Shown here: piece by piece, positions 39,155 to 48,967 of the stretch | Numbering within the stretch: the first letter of the stretch is position 1 | How the letters are laid out: each line of letters opens with the position of its first letter | Source: Nocardioides sp. | GTDB taxonomy: Bacteria; Actinomycetota; Actinomycetes; Propionibacteriales; Nocardioidaceae | Length of the DNA: 64,000 nt | Reading direction: 5' to 3' | Assembly (NCBI RefSeq): GCF_035481145.1 | Contig: NZ_DATIHB010000008.1 | Location: 4,246-68,245 of the forward strand | Position numbers and translations under genes: made by a program | The notes under the pieces: generated by a model | What the model was told of the DNA's origin: nothing | The model's input: only the letters and a program-made list of their open reading frames with translations | Databases searched by the model: none

Positions 39155-39682
39155 ATGACGACCATGGAGAAGAGCGTGACGGTCGACGTCCCCGTCCACG
39201 AGGTCTATGACCAGTGGACGCAGTTCGAGTCCTTTCCGAAGTTCATGGAAGGCGTCGAGGAGGTTCGCCAGCTCGACGACACCCACCTGCACTGGAAGGC
39301 GCAGATCGCGGGCGTCGAGCGCGAGTGGGATGCCGAGATCGTCGACCAGACCCCGGACGAGCGGATCACCTGGCGCGCCACCGACGGTGCCCGCAACGAC
39401 GGCACGGTCTCGTTCGCACCGGTCGAGGGCGGGAAGTGCACGCGGGTGACACTGCGGATGGACTTCGAGCCGGAGGGCTTCGCCGAGAAGGCCGGCGACA
39501 TGCTGCACATCGTGCAGAGCCGCGTCGGCGGCGACCTCGACCGCTTCAAGGAGTTCATCGAGCACGCCGGTACGGCGACGGGTGGCTGGCGCGGCGAGGT
39601 GAAGCCGGGCGACGTCGACCGCGGCGGCCTGGGCAGCATGGGCACGACCGGTCGACAGGACGGCGGCCTGCCGCCCGTGTGA
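39155..39682 (+). CDS. SRPBCC/polyketide cyclase family protein
   Basis: YDQWTQFESFPKFMEGV, REWDAEI, GGWRGEV. Confidence 0.9.
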   Translation: MTTMEKSVTVDVPVHEVYDQWTQFESFPKFMEGVEEVRQLDDTHLHWKAQIAGVEREWDAEIVDQTPDERITWRATDGARNDGTVSFAPVEGGKCTRVTLRMDFEPEGFAEKAGDMLHIVQSRVGGDLDRFKEFIEHAGTATGGWRGEVKPGDVDRGGLGSMGTTGRQDGGLPPV

Positions 39683-39701
39683 CGACCGGCTGCCCGGGTA
39701 C
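39677..39701 (+). promoter_or_regulatory. Second SigB/SigF-type promoter (probably leaderless)
   Basis: GTGT-N15-GGGTAC ending 9 nt before the ATG at 39711. Confidence 0.6.
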
Positions 39702-39710
39702 CGCCCGTCC

Positions 39711-40178
39711 ATGAGTGACAGCGACATGGACAACGGCGGACAGTTGCAGCCGGAAGAGACCCTCGTCGACCGGGGCGTCGACGACGTCCTGGACGAGGGG
39801 GTCTCGCCACCCGAGAAGCCACGCGGCGTCGAGGAGTTCGGCACCACGCCGTACGAGGAGGAGACGGGGGAGTCCCTTGACCAGCGCATCGCGCGCGAGG
39901 AGGACGACCCCGCCGCCCACGTGGCCTACGGCCTGGCGGAGGACGAGGTCGACGACGGACCCGAAGTCGATCCCGCCCCCGCCGGGTCGGTCGGCGACGA
40001 GCGCTCCGGCCGGTTGGTCGCGCCCGACCAGGGCCTGGGCGACGACGCCGAGAAGGACGAGGTGGCCCGCGATGTCGGCATCGACGGCGGCGCGGCCAGT
40101 GCCGAGGAAGCCGCGGTGCACGTCGTCAGCGACACCACGACAGAGGAGGGAGAGCCGGCGTCCGAGCCGCCGGACTGA
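39711..40178 (+). CDS. DUF5709 acidic protein
   Basis: GESLDQRIARE, RSGRLVAPDQG, DVGIDGGAASAEEAAVH. Confidence 0.85.
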   Translation: MSDSDMDNGGQLQPEETLVDRGVDDVLDEGVSPPEKPRGVEEFGTTPYEEETGESLDQRIAREEDDPAAHVAYGLAEDEVDDGPEVDPAPAGSVGDERSGRLVAPDQGLGDDAEKDEVARDVGIDGGAASAEEAAVHVVSDTTTEEGEPASEPPD

Positions 40179-40182
40179 GCAC

Positions 40183-40794
40183 ATGAGGGACTTCCAGTCG
40201 CAGCGCGAGCTGCTCAAGTCGGTCGCGACCACGTTGAAGCGCGCGGGCATCCCGTTCGCGCTCGCCGGCGGGTACGCCGTGTGGTCGCGCGGCGGCCCCG
40301 AGAGCACCCACGACGTGGACTTCGTGATCCCGCCGTCACGGATCGACGACGCCGTGCAGGCGCTCCACGCGGCCGGGCACGACCCGCATCCCAACTCCGA
40401 GGACTGGCTGATGAAGGTCTCCCTCGACGACATCGTCGTGGACCTGATCCACCGCCTGCCGATCGGGGACGTCGACGACGCGCTGCTGGCGCGCTGTGAC
40501 GAGCGGAGCGTCGACTCCGTGCGGATGCCGGTCATGTGCGCGACCGACCTGCTGACCTGCCGGATGCTCGCCTTCACCGAGCACTCGTGCGACTTCGGCC
40601 CGGTGCTGAGCTTCGCCCGGGCGCTGCGGGAGCAGGTCGACTGGGAGCTCGTGCGCGACCGCACCGAGCAGAACCCCTTCGCCGCGGCGTTCCTCCAGCT
40701 GCTGGAGGCGCTCGACGTGACAGGACACCGGATCGAGAACAGGCCGGGAGTCACCGGCAGCGTCGATGGAGGCACCCATGAGCGCATCGCCTGA
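40183..40794 (+). CDS. Pol-beta superfamily nucleotidyltransferase
   Basis: ALAGGYAV...HDVDF (GG-x-DxD) and a third Asp in VDLI. Confidence 0.82.
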   Translation: MRDFQSQRELLKSVATTLKRAGIPFALAGGYAVWSRGGPESTHDVDFVIPPSRIDDAVQALHAAGHDPHPNSEDWLMKVSLDDIVVDLIHRLPIGDVDDALLARCDERSVDSVRMPVMCATDLLTCRMLAFTEHSCDFGPVLSFARALREQVDWELVRDRTEQNPFAAAFLQLLEALDVTGHRIENRPGVTGSVDGGTHERIA

Positions 40795-41521
40795 CGCGGT
40801 CCGGATAGCGGCGGTCGGCGACGTCCACATGGGTCCCGACATCCGCGGGCGCTACCGCCCTGCCCTGGCGGCCCTGCCTGACGACGCAGACCTGCTCCTT
40901 GTCGCAGGCGACCTCACCCAGCACGGACTCGTCGAGGAGGCTGAGGTCTTCGCTGAGGAGTTCGCCGACCTCGGGGTTCCCGTCGTCACGGTGCTGGGCA
41001 ACCACGACTACCACGCCGACCTCGAGCTGAAGATCCGCAAGGTCCTGTGCGACGCGGGCATCACTGTCCTCGAGGGTGAGGGCGTCGTCATTCCCACGCC
41101 CGCCGGGGACGTCGGCGTTGCCGGCGCCAAGGGCTTCTGCCTCGGCTTTTCAGGACGCCGGGCCTCCTACTTCGGCGAGCCGCAGATGAAGGCGTTCACC
41201 GGCCACGGCCAGCACAGCGCCGAGCTGCTCCGCAAGGCGTTCCAGGGCCTCGACGCTCCGGTGCGGGTCGGGCTCACCCACTTCTCGCCGGTCGTCGACA
41301 CCCTCAGCGGGGAGCCGCCGGAAATCTGGGCCTTCCTCGGCAACTACCTGCTCGGTGATGCGATCGACGAGGCGGGCGCCGACCTGGCGATCCACGGGCA
41401 CGCCCACGCCGGGGTGGAGAAGGGGATCACCCCGGGTGGAGTGCCCGTGCGCAACGTCGCCCAGCCCGTCATCCACACGGCGTACCGGGTCTACGACGTG
41501 GTCCCTGGAGGTGCCCGATGA
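40778..41521 (+). CDS. Calcineurin-like metallophosphoesterase
   Basis: GDVH, GDL, GNHD, TH, HGHAH. Confidence 0.9.
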   Translation: MSASPDAVRIAAVGDVHMGPDIRGRYRPALAALPDDADLLLVAGDLTQHGLVEEAEVFAEEFADLGVPVVTVLGNHDYHADLELKIRKVLCDAGITVLEGEGVVIPTPAGDVGVAGAKGFCLGFSGRRASYFGEPQMKAFTGHGQHSAELLRKAFQGLDAPVRVGLTHFSPVVDTLSGEPPEIWAFLGNYLLGDAIDEAGADLAIHGHAHAGVEKGITPGGVPVRNVAQPVIHTAYRVYDVVPGGAR

Positions 41522-41781
41522 ACGACATCCAGCTCGAACGCCGTCTGGAACGCGCGCTGATCGACGATGACCGCACCCACGAGATGGGGGTGCGGGTCGT
41601 GGTGGCCGGAGGGCGCGTCGTCGCCTCGGGAGAGGTCGCCAGCGAGGAACGACGCCAGGCGGTGATCGCGGTGATCTGCGAGGCCGAGCCCGGCTTGCCG
41701 GTCGCCGACCAGCTGACCCTCGCGACGCCCGATGCGTCACCGCCGTCGGGGCACGAGCGGATCACGCCACCCCTACAGTGA
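41518..41781 (+). CDS. BON-like domain protein
   Basis: ATGA coupling to the upstream gene; RTHEMGVRVVV.GGRVV.SGEV pattern. Confidence 0.65.
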   Translation: MNDIQLERRLERALIDDDRTHEMGVRVVVAGGRVVASGEVASEERRQAVIAVICEAEPGLPVADQLTLATPDASPPSGHERITPPLQ

Positions 41782-42004
41782 CCGCACGCGAGACCGGTCG
41801 GCCCATGGCCGGCCGGTCTCGTTGCGCGTTCTGGGTGGATGACGAAAGCGGGTCTTCAGGCGCGCAAAACCTGTGACAGGTGCCACGAGTCCCAACACTC
41901 GGCAACCCTGCCGGTGGGGCTGTGCGGTCGTTAGGATCAGGCCCGCTACGGGCCCGGAGCAGTGTTGCTCCTCGGGCCCGCATCCACAGCGAAACGGAGA
42001 TCGC

Positions 42005-43531
42005 ATGATCATCGGAGTTCTCAAGGAGGCCCAGGCGGGTGAGACGCGCGTTGCCGCGACTCCCGCCACCGTGGCGCAGCTCCTGAAGCTCGGCTACGAC
42101 GTCGTGGTCGAGTCCGGCGCGGGGGAGCTCTCGAGCTTCGCCGACGAGGCGTACGTCGAGGCGGGGGCCAGCATCGGCGACCCGCTGATCGGCGACATCG
42201 TCTTCGGTGTCAACGCGCCGACGGCGGCGCAGCGTGACGGCCTCAAGTCGGGTGCGACCCTGGTCGCCATCCTCAACGCGCGCCTGGACGCGGAGCTGGT
42301 CGACGACCTCGCCGCCCGTCCGATCACGGCGCTGGCGATGGAGACGGTGCCGCGCATCTCGCGCGCGCAGTCCCTCGACGTGCTCTCCTCGATGGCCAAC
42401 ATCGCGGGCTACCGCGCTGTCGTGGAGGCCTCGCACGCCTTCGGCCGCTTCTTCACCGGCCAGGTCACGGCCGCGGGCAAGGTCCAGCCGGCCAAGGTCC
42501 TCGTCGTGGGTGCCGGCGTCGCCGGCCTCGCGGCGATCGGTGCCGCCGGCTCGCTCGGCGCGATCGTGCGCGCGACCGACCCGCGTCCCGAGGTCGCCGA
42601 CCAGGTCAAGTCGCTGGGCGGCGAGTACCTCTCCGTCTCCGACGACACCGAGGTCTCGACCACGGGTTACGCCAAGGAGATGGGTGACGACTACAAGGCC
42701 AAGGAGGCAGCGCTCTACGCGCAGCAGGCCGAGGACGTCGACATCATCATCACCACCGCGCTGATCCCGGGCCGTCCCGCTCCCCGCATCATCACTGCGG
42801 AGATGGTCGCCTCGATGAAGCCGGGGTCGGTCATCGTCGACATGGCCGCGCAGAACGGCGGCAACGTCGAGGGCACCGTGAAGGGCGAGAAGGTCGTCAC
42901 TGACAACGGTGTGACCATCATCGGCTACACCGACCTCGCCGGTCGTCTGCCCGCCCAGGCCTCGCAGCTCTACGGCCAGAACCTGGTCAACCTGATGAAG
43001 CTGATGACGCCGGGCAAGGACGGCCAGCTCGTCCTCGACTTCGAGGACGTCGTCCAGCGCGGCATCACCGTCGTCCGCGACGGCGAGCTCACCTGGCCGC
43101 CGCCGGAGGTCGCCGTCTCGGCCGCCCCGGCTGCCGCTGCAGCCGCTGCTCCGGTCGAGGCCAAGGAGCCGAAGGCGCCGATGGCGGCCGGCACGAAGGT
43201 CGGCCTGGTCCTCGCGGCGATCGCGCTCTTCTGGCTGGTCAACGCGACTGCACCGGGTGAGATCCCGCAGCACTTCACCGTGCTGATGCTCTCGATCGTC
43301 ATCGGCTACTACGTCATCGGCAAGGTCGCGCACGCCCTCCACACGCCGCTGATGTCGGTCACCAACGCGATCTCGGGCGTCGTGGTGGTGGGTGCCCTGG
43401 TCCAGATCAAGTCGGACGACAACCTCGTCATCGGCCTGTCTGCGCTGGCGATCCTGCTCGCGTCGATCAACGTCTTCGGTGGCTTCGCGGTCACCCGTCG
43501 CATGCTCGCGATGTTCAGCAAGGGGAACTGA
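42005..43531 (+). CDS. pntA: NAD(P) transhydrogenase subunit alpha
   Basis: [44 protein letters not shown]. Confidence 0.96.
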   Translation: MIIGVLKEAQAGETRVAATPATVAQLLKLGYDVVVESGAGELSSFADEAYVEAGASIGDPLIGDIVFGVNAPTAAQRDGLKSGATLVAILNARLDAELVDDLAARPITALAMETVPRISRAQSLDVLSSMANIAGYRAVVEASHAFGRFFTGQVTAAGKVQPAKVLVVGAGVAGLAAIGAAGSLGAIVRATDPRPEVADQVKSLGGEYLSVSDDTEVSTTGYAKEMGDDYKAKEAALYAQQAEDVDIIITTALIPGRPAPRIITAEMVASMKPGSVIVDMAAQNGGNVEGTVKGEKVVTDNGVTIIGYTDLAGRLPAQASQLYGQNLVNLMKLMTPGKDGQLVLDFEDVVQRGITVVRDGELTWPPPEVAVSAAPAAAAAAAPVEAKEPKAPMAAGTKVGLVLAAIALFWLVNATAPGEIPQHFTVLMLSIVIGYYVIGKVAHALHTPLMSVTNAISGVVVVGALVQIKSDDNLVIGLSALAILLASINVFGGFAVTRRMLAMFSKGN

Positions 43532-43533
43532 CC

Positions 43534-44958
43534 ATGGACATCACCTCGATCACCGGTGCGGCGTACATCGTCGCCTCCCTGCTGTTCATCCTGTCGCTGG
43601 CAGGGCTCTCCAAGCACGAGTCGGCCAAGAACGGCCTGACCTACGGCATCGTCGGCATGGCCGTGGCCCTCGTCGCCACGATCGCCGAGGTCATCGACGA
43701 CACCTCCGCGGCCCTCAACCTGGGCCTGCTCGCCGGTGCCGTCGCCGTCGGTGCCCTCATCGGCCTGTGGCGCGCGAAGATCGTCGAGATGACGGGCATG
43801 CCGGAGCTCATCGCGCTCCTGCACTCCTTCGTCGGCCTCGCCGCCGTCCTCATCGGCTGGAACGGCCACCTCGAGGGCCCGCACCTCGAGCACGCCGCTC
43901 CGGGCGACATCGCCTCGCTCATCAACATCCACGAGGCCGAGGTCGCGATCGGCATCTTCATCGGTGCGGTCACCTTCACCGGCTCCATCGTCGCCAACCT
44001 CAAGCTGTCGGCGAAGATGAAGTCGGCGCCGCTCGTGCTGCCGGGCAAGAACCTCATCAACCTCGGCTCGCTGGTCCTCTTCGCCGCACTGACCGTCGTC
44101 TACGTGCTCCTCGAGGAGCAGTCCACGGCGCAGGTCGCCGTCCTCGGTGGCCTGACCGCCCTGGCGTTGCTGCTCGGCTGGCACCTGGTCGCCTCCATCG
44201 GTGGCGGCGACATGCCGGTCGTCGTGTCCATGCTCAACTCGTACTCCGGCTGGGCCGCGGCCGCGTCGGGCTTCCTGCTCGGCAACGACCTGCTGATCGT
44301 GACCGGTGCCCTCGTCGGCTCCTCCGGTGCGTACCTGTCGTACATCATGTGCAAGGCGATGAACCGCTCGTTCATCTCCGTCATCGCGGGTGGCTTCGGC
44401 ATCGAGGCCGGTCCGTCGGGTGATGTCGACTACGGCGAGCACCGTGAGGTGGACGCCGAGACGGTCGCCGACATGCTCAAGAACGCCTCCTCGGTCGTCA
44501 TCACGCCCGGCTACGGCATGGCGGTGGCCCAGGCGCAGTACCCGGTGGCGGAGCTCACCTCGCACCTGCGGAAGAAGGGCGTCAACGTCCGCTTCGGCAT
44601 CCACCCGGTCGCCGGTCGTCTCCCGGGCCACATGAACGTGCTTCTGGCCGAGGCCAAGGTGCCGTACGACGTGGTGCTCGAGATGGACGAGATCAACGAC
44701 GACTTCCCGGAGACCGACGTCGTCCTGGTCATCGGCGCCAACGACACGGTCAACCCGGCCGCGTCCGAGGACCCGAGCTCGCCGATCGCGGGCATGCCCG
44801 TGCTGGAGGTGTGGAACGCCAAGGACGTCATCGTCTTCAAGCGCTCCATGGCCTCGGGCTACGCCGGTGTGCAGAACCCGCTCTTCTTCCGCGACAACTC
44901 GGCGATGCTCTTCGGTGACGCCAAGGACCGCGTCGAGGACATCCTCCGGCACCTCTGA
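43534..44958 (+). CDS. pntB: NAD(P) transhydrogenase subunit beta
   Basis: [47 protein letters not shown]. Confidence 0.96.
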   Translation: MDITSITGAAYIVASLLFILSLAGLSKHESAKNGLTYGIVGMAVALVATIAEVIDDTSAALNLGLLAGAVAVGALIGLWRAKIVEMTGMPELIALLHSFVGLAAVLIGWNGHLEGPHLEHAAPGDIASLINIHEAEVAIGIFIGAVTFTGSIVANLKLSAKMKSAPLVLPGKNLINLGSLVLFAALTVVYVLLEEQSTAQVAVLGGLTALALLLGWHLVASIGGGDMPVVVSMLNSYSGWAAAASGFLLGNDLLIVTGALVGSSGAYLSYIMCKAMNRSFISVIAGGFGIEAGPSGDVDYGEHREVDAETVADMLKNASSVVITPGYGMAVAQAQYPVAELTSHLRKKGVNVRFGIHPVAGRLPGHMNVLLAEAKVPYDVVLEMDEINDDFPETDVVLVIGANDTVNPAASEDPSSPIAGMPVLEVWNAKDVIVFKRSMASGYAGVQNPLFFRDNSAMLFGDAKDRVEDILRHL

Positions 44959-44994
44959 GGCACCCGTCGGGATCGCTCCGTCGACCTTGCGCTG

Positions 44995-45026
44995 CAGCGC
45001 CCCGGGCCATCTGGCCCGGGGCGTTG
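44995..45026 (+). terminator. Terminator after pntB
   Basis: CAGCGCCCCGGGCCA / TGGCCCGGGGCGTTG stem. Confidence 0.6.
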
Positions 45027-45146
45027 TGCGTCACTGGTCCAAGGGTGCTGAACTGGGGTTTCCGGCCCCGATGCGGGGGTACGATGGTACGAACCATTGC
45101 ATTTGGCAATCGGTGCTTTCCGTAACTCTTCTCTGGGATGGGGCCC

Positions 45147-46403
45147 ATGACCAGAACGCTTCGTATTCTCCTCCTGCCACTGGTGACGCTGCTCGCCCTG
45201 GCAGGCCTCCAGGCGCCGGCCAGCGCCGCCACGCAGTGGGGCTACGTCGCCACCGCTGGTGGCACCATGATCAAGACAGGCTCCGGCCTGCTGATCAGCA
45301 GCCAGACCGCCCAGTCGGGCATCACCGGCACCGCCGTTCCCAACTCCTCGACGCAGTCGGTCGCCACCGTCGCGGCGAGTGGCGTGCTCCGCACCGGCGC
45401 GGTCGAGACGGCGGCGACGGCCAAGGCGGTCCTCGGCGGCATCGAGATCAAGTCGTGGGGCCGCACGGCAGGCGTCAACGTGCTCAACGGGCTGATCACC
45501 GCCGACGCGGTCACCTCGAACCTCACGACCGTCGCCCGGCCTGACGGCACGCAGACCGTCACCGGTGGCACGCAGTTCGTGGGCATCAAGATCGCGGGCA
45601 TCAACCTCCCGATCAACATCCCGCGCAACTACACGGTGACCATCCCCGGGATCGCCACGGTGACCCTCAACGCCTACGCCTCCGGCACGCACGGTGGCGC
45701 CTCCGCGACCCAGGGCTGGGCTCTCGGTGTCGCGCTGCTGAAGGCGCAGGGCGACGTCCCGGCCGGTGCCACGATCATCGTGAACCCGGTCTACCAGTCG
45801 GTCGTCCCGGCCACCCCGTCCGAGGCACTCTTCAGCGGACACGCCTACGGCTCCAAGGTCCAGGCCAAGGTCGGCGACGGCGTCTCCGCCGAGGTCCCCG
45901 AGACGGCGATGCTGCGCACCCCGCCGGGTGGCAGCAACGGCGCGACGCTCAAGAGCACGACCGCCGGCATCAACGTCGCCGGTCTGATCACCCTCGGTGC
46001 GGTGGAGTCGACGAGCACCTCGTCCACCTTCGGCCCCAACCTCCTGGATGCCGACATCCGCAACACCAACCAGACGGCCCGGGTCAACGTCCTGGGTGGC
46101 CTGGTGACGGCCGACGCGATCAAGGTGACGGCGCACAACCGTCGCGTGAGCAACGCCTGCTCCGGCGATGCTGCGATGACACTGGTGAACCTCAAGGTCG
46201 CCGGAGCGGCGATCCCGATCAACGTCTCGCCGAACACGACGATCAAGGTCGGTGACCTGGCGACCGTGATCGTCAACCAGCAGGTCCGCAACGGGTGCAG
46301 CACGCTGATCCGCGGCGTCTACATCACCCTGCTGAAGCCGCAGGGCGACCTGCCGGTGGGTGCGGTCATCGAGGTTGCGAAGGCGACCACGACCATCCAC
46401 TGA
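45147..46403 (+). CDS. Secreted beta-rich protein with internal duplication (choice-of-anchor P-like)
   Basis: Signal peptide PASA|A; two repeats with VNVL.GL.TADA and INxPxN.T.xI..xATVxxN. Confidence 0.7.
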   Translation: MTRTLRILLLPLVTLLALAGLQAPASAATQWGYVATAGGTMIKTGSGLLISSQTAQSGITGTAVPNSSTQSVATVAASGVLRTGAVETAATAKAVLGGIEIKSWGRTAGVNVLNGLITADAVTSNLTTVARPDGTQTVTGGTQFVGIKIAGINLPINIPRNYTVTIPGIATVTLNAYASGTHGGASATQGWALGVALLKAQGDVPAGATIIVNPVYQSVVPATPSEALFSGHAYGSKVQAKVGDGVSAEVPETAMLRTPPGGSNGATLKSTTAGINVAGLITLGAVESTSTSSTFGPNLLDADIRNTNQTARVNVLGGLVTADAIKVTAHNRRVSNACSGDAAMTLVNLKVAGAAIPINVSPNTTIKVGDLATVIVNQQVRNGCSTLIRGVYITLLKPQGDLPVGAVIEVAKATTTIH

Positions 46404-46421
46404 CCAGCAGCGCACGCACGA

Positions 46422-46459
46422 CACGAAAGCCCCCGGGTGCGAACCCGGGGGCTTTCGTG
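46422..46459 (+). terminator. Intrinsic terminator
   Basis: 17-bp perfect stem CACGAAAGCCCCCGGGT / ACCCGGGGGCTTTCGTG. Confidence 0.85.
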
Positions 46460-46493
46460 GTCTCCGACGCCCCCACGGGTCTAGCCTCGGGCC

Positions 46494-46916
46494 ATGGCTG
46501 ACAACCCGCTCGACCCCTTCGGACTCCTCACGATGTCGCAGAAGCTGGCGCTCGACGCCACCACCGGCGCGTTCGACGCCCTGATGGCCGTGGGCCGCAC
46601 GGCGACGCAGCCGGACGAGGCGGTGCGCCAGTTCGCCGCGCTGGCGAACGCCGTGGGCGATCTCGCCTCGGCCAGCGTCCAGCCGCTGCAGGACTTCGTG
46701 ACCCGGCAGCGCGAGATCGCCGACACGATGGCCAAGCTCGCGTCGGTGCAGGCCGACCTCGCGGTCCTCGTCGAGTCGCTCGCACATCGGCACGCTGCGG
46801 TGGTCGAGTCACTCGAGAGCCTCACGGCTCCTGTCTTCGGGCTCGTCGCGCGCGAGCAGTCGGGCCAGCAGGGGCAGACGGCGAAGGCGGAGAAGCCGGG
46901 CAAGCCCGGCGCGTAG
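46494..46916 (+). CDS. Hypothetical amphipathic helical protein
   Basis: Host-like codon use, TAGCCT -10 just before the ATG (leaderless), heptad-like pattern. Confidence 0.6.
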   Translation: MADNPLDPFGLLTMSQKLALDATTGAFDALMAVGRTATQPDEAVRQFAALANAVGDLASASVQPLQDFVTRQREIADTMAKLASVQADLAVLVESLAHRHAAVVESLESLTAPVFGLVAREQSGQQGQTAKAEKPGKPGA

Positions 46917-46919
46917 GCC

Positions 46920-48437
46920 TCAGCGCCAGGCGGTCGCCCGGAAGGTCGTCGTGCGTCCATCGCGCGCGGACGCGTTGCCGAGCGCCACCGCCACACGGTG
47001 CACCTTCGACGCGGAGAACGGCACGTCGTACACGCGGTTGCCGGAAGCATTGAGGCGCAGCGGCACCTTGGTGACGCTTCCGTCGCGGCGGAAGACCAGG
47101 ACGTACGCCGTCGCGGCGCTCGACGGAGCGTCGATCCTGAGCCGGAGCTTCCAGGCGCCGGTCATGGTCGACGCGGGCCTGACCACCACGTCGACGCTGG
47201 CCAGGTGGTTGATCCGCGTGGACAGCAGGCCGGTCGAGCGTGCCGTGGGACTCAGGGTCCACGTGCGGGAGATCTCTGCGCGGGGGTAGTAGCGGCCTTC
47301 GCGCCAGAAGCGAGCCGGCACGATGGAGGCTCCGGAGAAGGTGCGGAACTCGTTGAGGAGCGAGGACCCCGCCGTGCGCAGGGCAGAGGAGAGCGAGGCC
47401 CGCGCGTTGTCGCCGGCCACCGTGGCGGCGTTGCGCCAGACCTGACGCAGCACGCCGTTGCCGAGCCTCTGGCTGATCAGCTCGTGGAAGACCCACGTGC
47501 CGTAGTGGGCCCCGTCGCCGAAGGTGTCGACCGGCTGCCCCGGCCGCCGCAGCGATCCGGCCGCGATGTACTGCCTGTTGTCGTTGACGGCGGAGTAGAC
47601 ACGCTCCTCGATCCACGTCGCCGTGGACTCCATCAGCCAGATGCTCTCGTCGGCGTCGTAGCCGAACTGGACCAGGTGGAAGAACTCGTGCGCTGCCGTG
47701 ACCTGGCGCGCAGCGTCGGGGTGGGTCGCGTCACCGAACTGGGCGGCGGAGAAGTCGTTGTCGAGCACGAGGTAGCCCGCGGACGTCTGGACGGAGGCGG
47801 AACCCTCGGGCACGGCATAGCCGTAGATGCCGCTCCGTCCGGTGTCGGCGAGGTAGACGTCTACCCGGTCCCGGGTGGGCACCTGCTTGCTGCCGGCGGA
47901 ACCGTCACCCTTGGGCACGCGGTAGCCCAGCGTGCCGATCTCGGTGTTCCACGTCCGCGTGAGCGTCTGGACCGTCTTCGCGACGGCGTCATCGGTGCTG
48001 ATCTGGCGACTGAGGGTCAGGAGGCCACTCCTGGTGCCCTCCGGCACCCAGTGGACACAGAACGGATGGTTGCCGTACGTCGCGGGGGCATCACAGGTGG
48101 AGCGGGCGGCGCTGCGCTCGGCGGAGGTCCACCGGGCTGCCGTCGGATCGGTCGCCGCGACGGTGCCGTCCGGGCGGGCGAAGAGCGCCCGGGCCTCGGC
48201 GCGGTCCGCGCTGTCCAGGTGGGTCAGCTGGTCGCGGAGCTCGACGAGTGCGAGGGTGGCGTCCTCGCGGCCCCCCTCGAGGGCCGCCTGCGCCTGGTCG
48301 AGCAGATGGACGGCATGCGGAGAGGACCCAGCCGGGGGAGCGGTGGGGTCCGCAGCGGCCGGTTGGACCAGGGCCGGCGCGAGCGAGAGCGCGAGGCTTG
48401 CGCCGAGCAGGGCGGGGGTGAGGCGGTGCAGGAGCAT
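46920..48437 (-). CDS. Secreted zinc metalloprotease (MXAN_6640-like)
   Basis: Signal peptide, YLVLDND, VTAAHEFFHLVQFGYD, WLMESTATWIEE. Confidence 0.8.
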   Translation of the reverse strand: MLLHRLTPALLGASLALSLAPALVQPAAADPTAPPAGSSPHAVHLLDQAQAALEGGREDATLALVELRDQLTHLDSADRAEARALFARPDGTVAATDPTAARWTSAERSAARSTCDAPATYGNHPFCVHWVPEGTRSGLLTLSRQISTDDAVAKTVQTLTRTWNTEIGTLGYRVPKGDGSAGSKQVPTRDRVDVYLADTGRSGIYGYAVPEGSASVQTSAGYLVLDNDFSAAQFGDATHPDAARQVTAAHEFFHLVQFGYDADESIWLMESTATWIEERVYSAVNDNRQYIAAGSLRRPGQPVDTFGDGAHYGTWVFHELISQRLGNGVLRQVWRNAATVAGDNARASLSSALRTAGSSLLNEFRTFSGASIVPARFWREGRYYPRAEISRTWTLSPTARSTGLLSTRINHLASVDVVVRPASTMTGAWKLRLRIDAPSSAATAYVLVFRRDGSVTKVPLRLNASGNRVYDVPFSASKVHRVAVALGNASARDGRTTTFRATAWR

Positions 48438-48498
48438 GGAGGACCCGAGACGTGACGGCGACAGCAACCCGTCCAGCGTACGACGTCGAGCCCTGTTG

Positions 48499-48897
48499 TC
48501 AGCTGCCCGCGGAGATCTTCTCGATCAGGGCGGTGGTGGAGATCGCCGGGGTCCGGGGGAGGTAGACGACCTCGCAGATGTCCTTGAACTCGTCGAAGCG
48601 GCCGGCCCAGTCGTCGCCCATCACCAGCACGTCGGCGCCGAACTTCAGGATGTACTCCCGCTTGAGCTCCAGGCTCTCCTCCACGAAGACCTCGTCCACG
48701 GGCTTGAGGGCGCCGACGATGGCGAGTCGCTCGGCCTCGGAGAAGACGGGGAGGCGGTCCTTCTTGCGCATGTTCAGTGCGTCGGCGGAGACACCGACGA
48801 CGAGGCGGTCGCCCAGCGCGGCGGCTCGCTCGATGACGCGGAGGTGGCCGACGTGGAAGACGTCGAAGGTGCCGAAGGTGATCACGGTGCGGGCCAT
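48499..48897 (-). CDS. Glycerol-3-phosphate cytidylyltransferase family (TagD-like)
   Basis: TFGTFDVFHVGH, MGDDW, RTPAISTT. Confidence 0.88.
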   Translation of the reverse strand: MARTVITFGTFDVFHVGHLRVIERAAALGDRLVVGVSADALNMRKKDRLPVFSEAERLAIVGALKPVDEVFVEESLELKREYILKFGADVLVMGDDWAGRFDEFKDICEVVYLPRTPAISTTALIEKISAGS

Positions 48898-48938
48898 GTC
48901 CGGATTCTGTCATGTCCGTGACCCGGTCCACACCCACC

Positions 48939-48957
48939 GTAGGTGAGCCTCACCTTA
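48939..48957. promoter_or_regulatory. IdeR/DtxR iron box overlapping the promoter of the Fe ABC operon
   Basis: 19-bp GTAGGTGAGCCTCACCTTA versus consensus TTAGGTTAGGCTAACCTAA; abuts -10 TAGAAT, with ATG 6 nt later. Confidence 0.85.
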
Positions 48958-48967
48958 GAATCGCGCC

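Noticed and set aside
41871-41888. Rex operator upstream of pntA (CTGTGACAGGTGCCACGA)
   Set aside because: Biologically plausible, but too many mismatches to the consensus to call.
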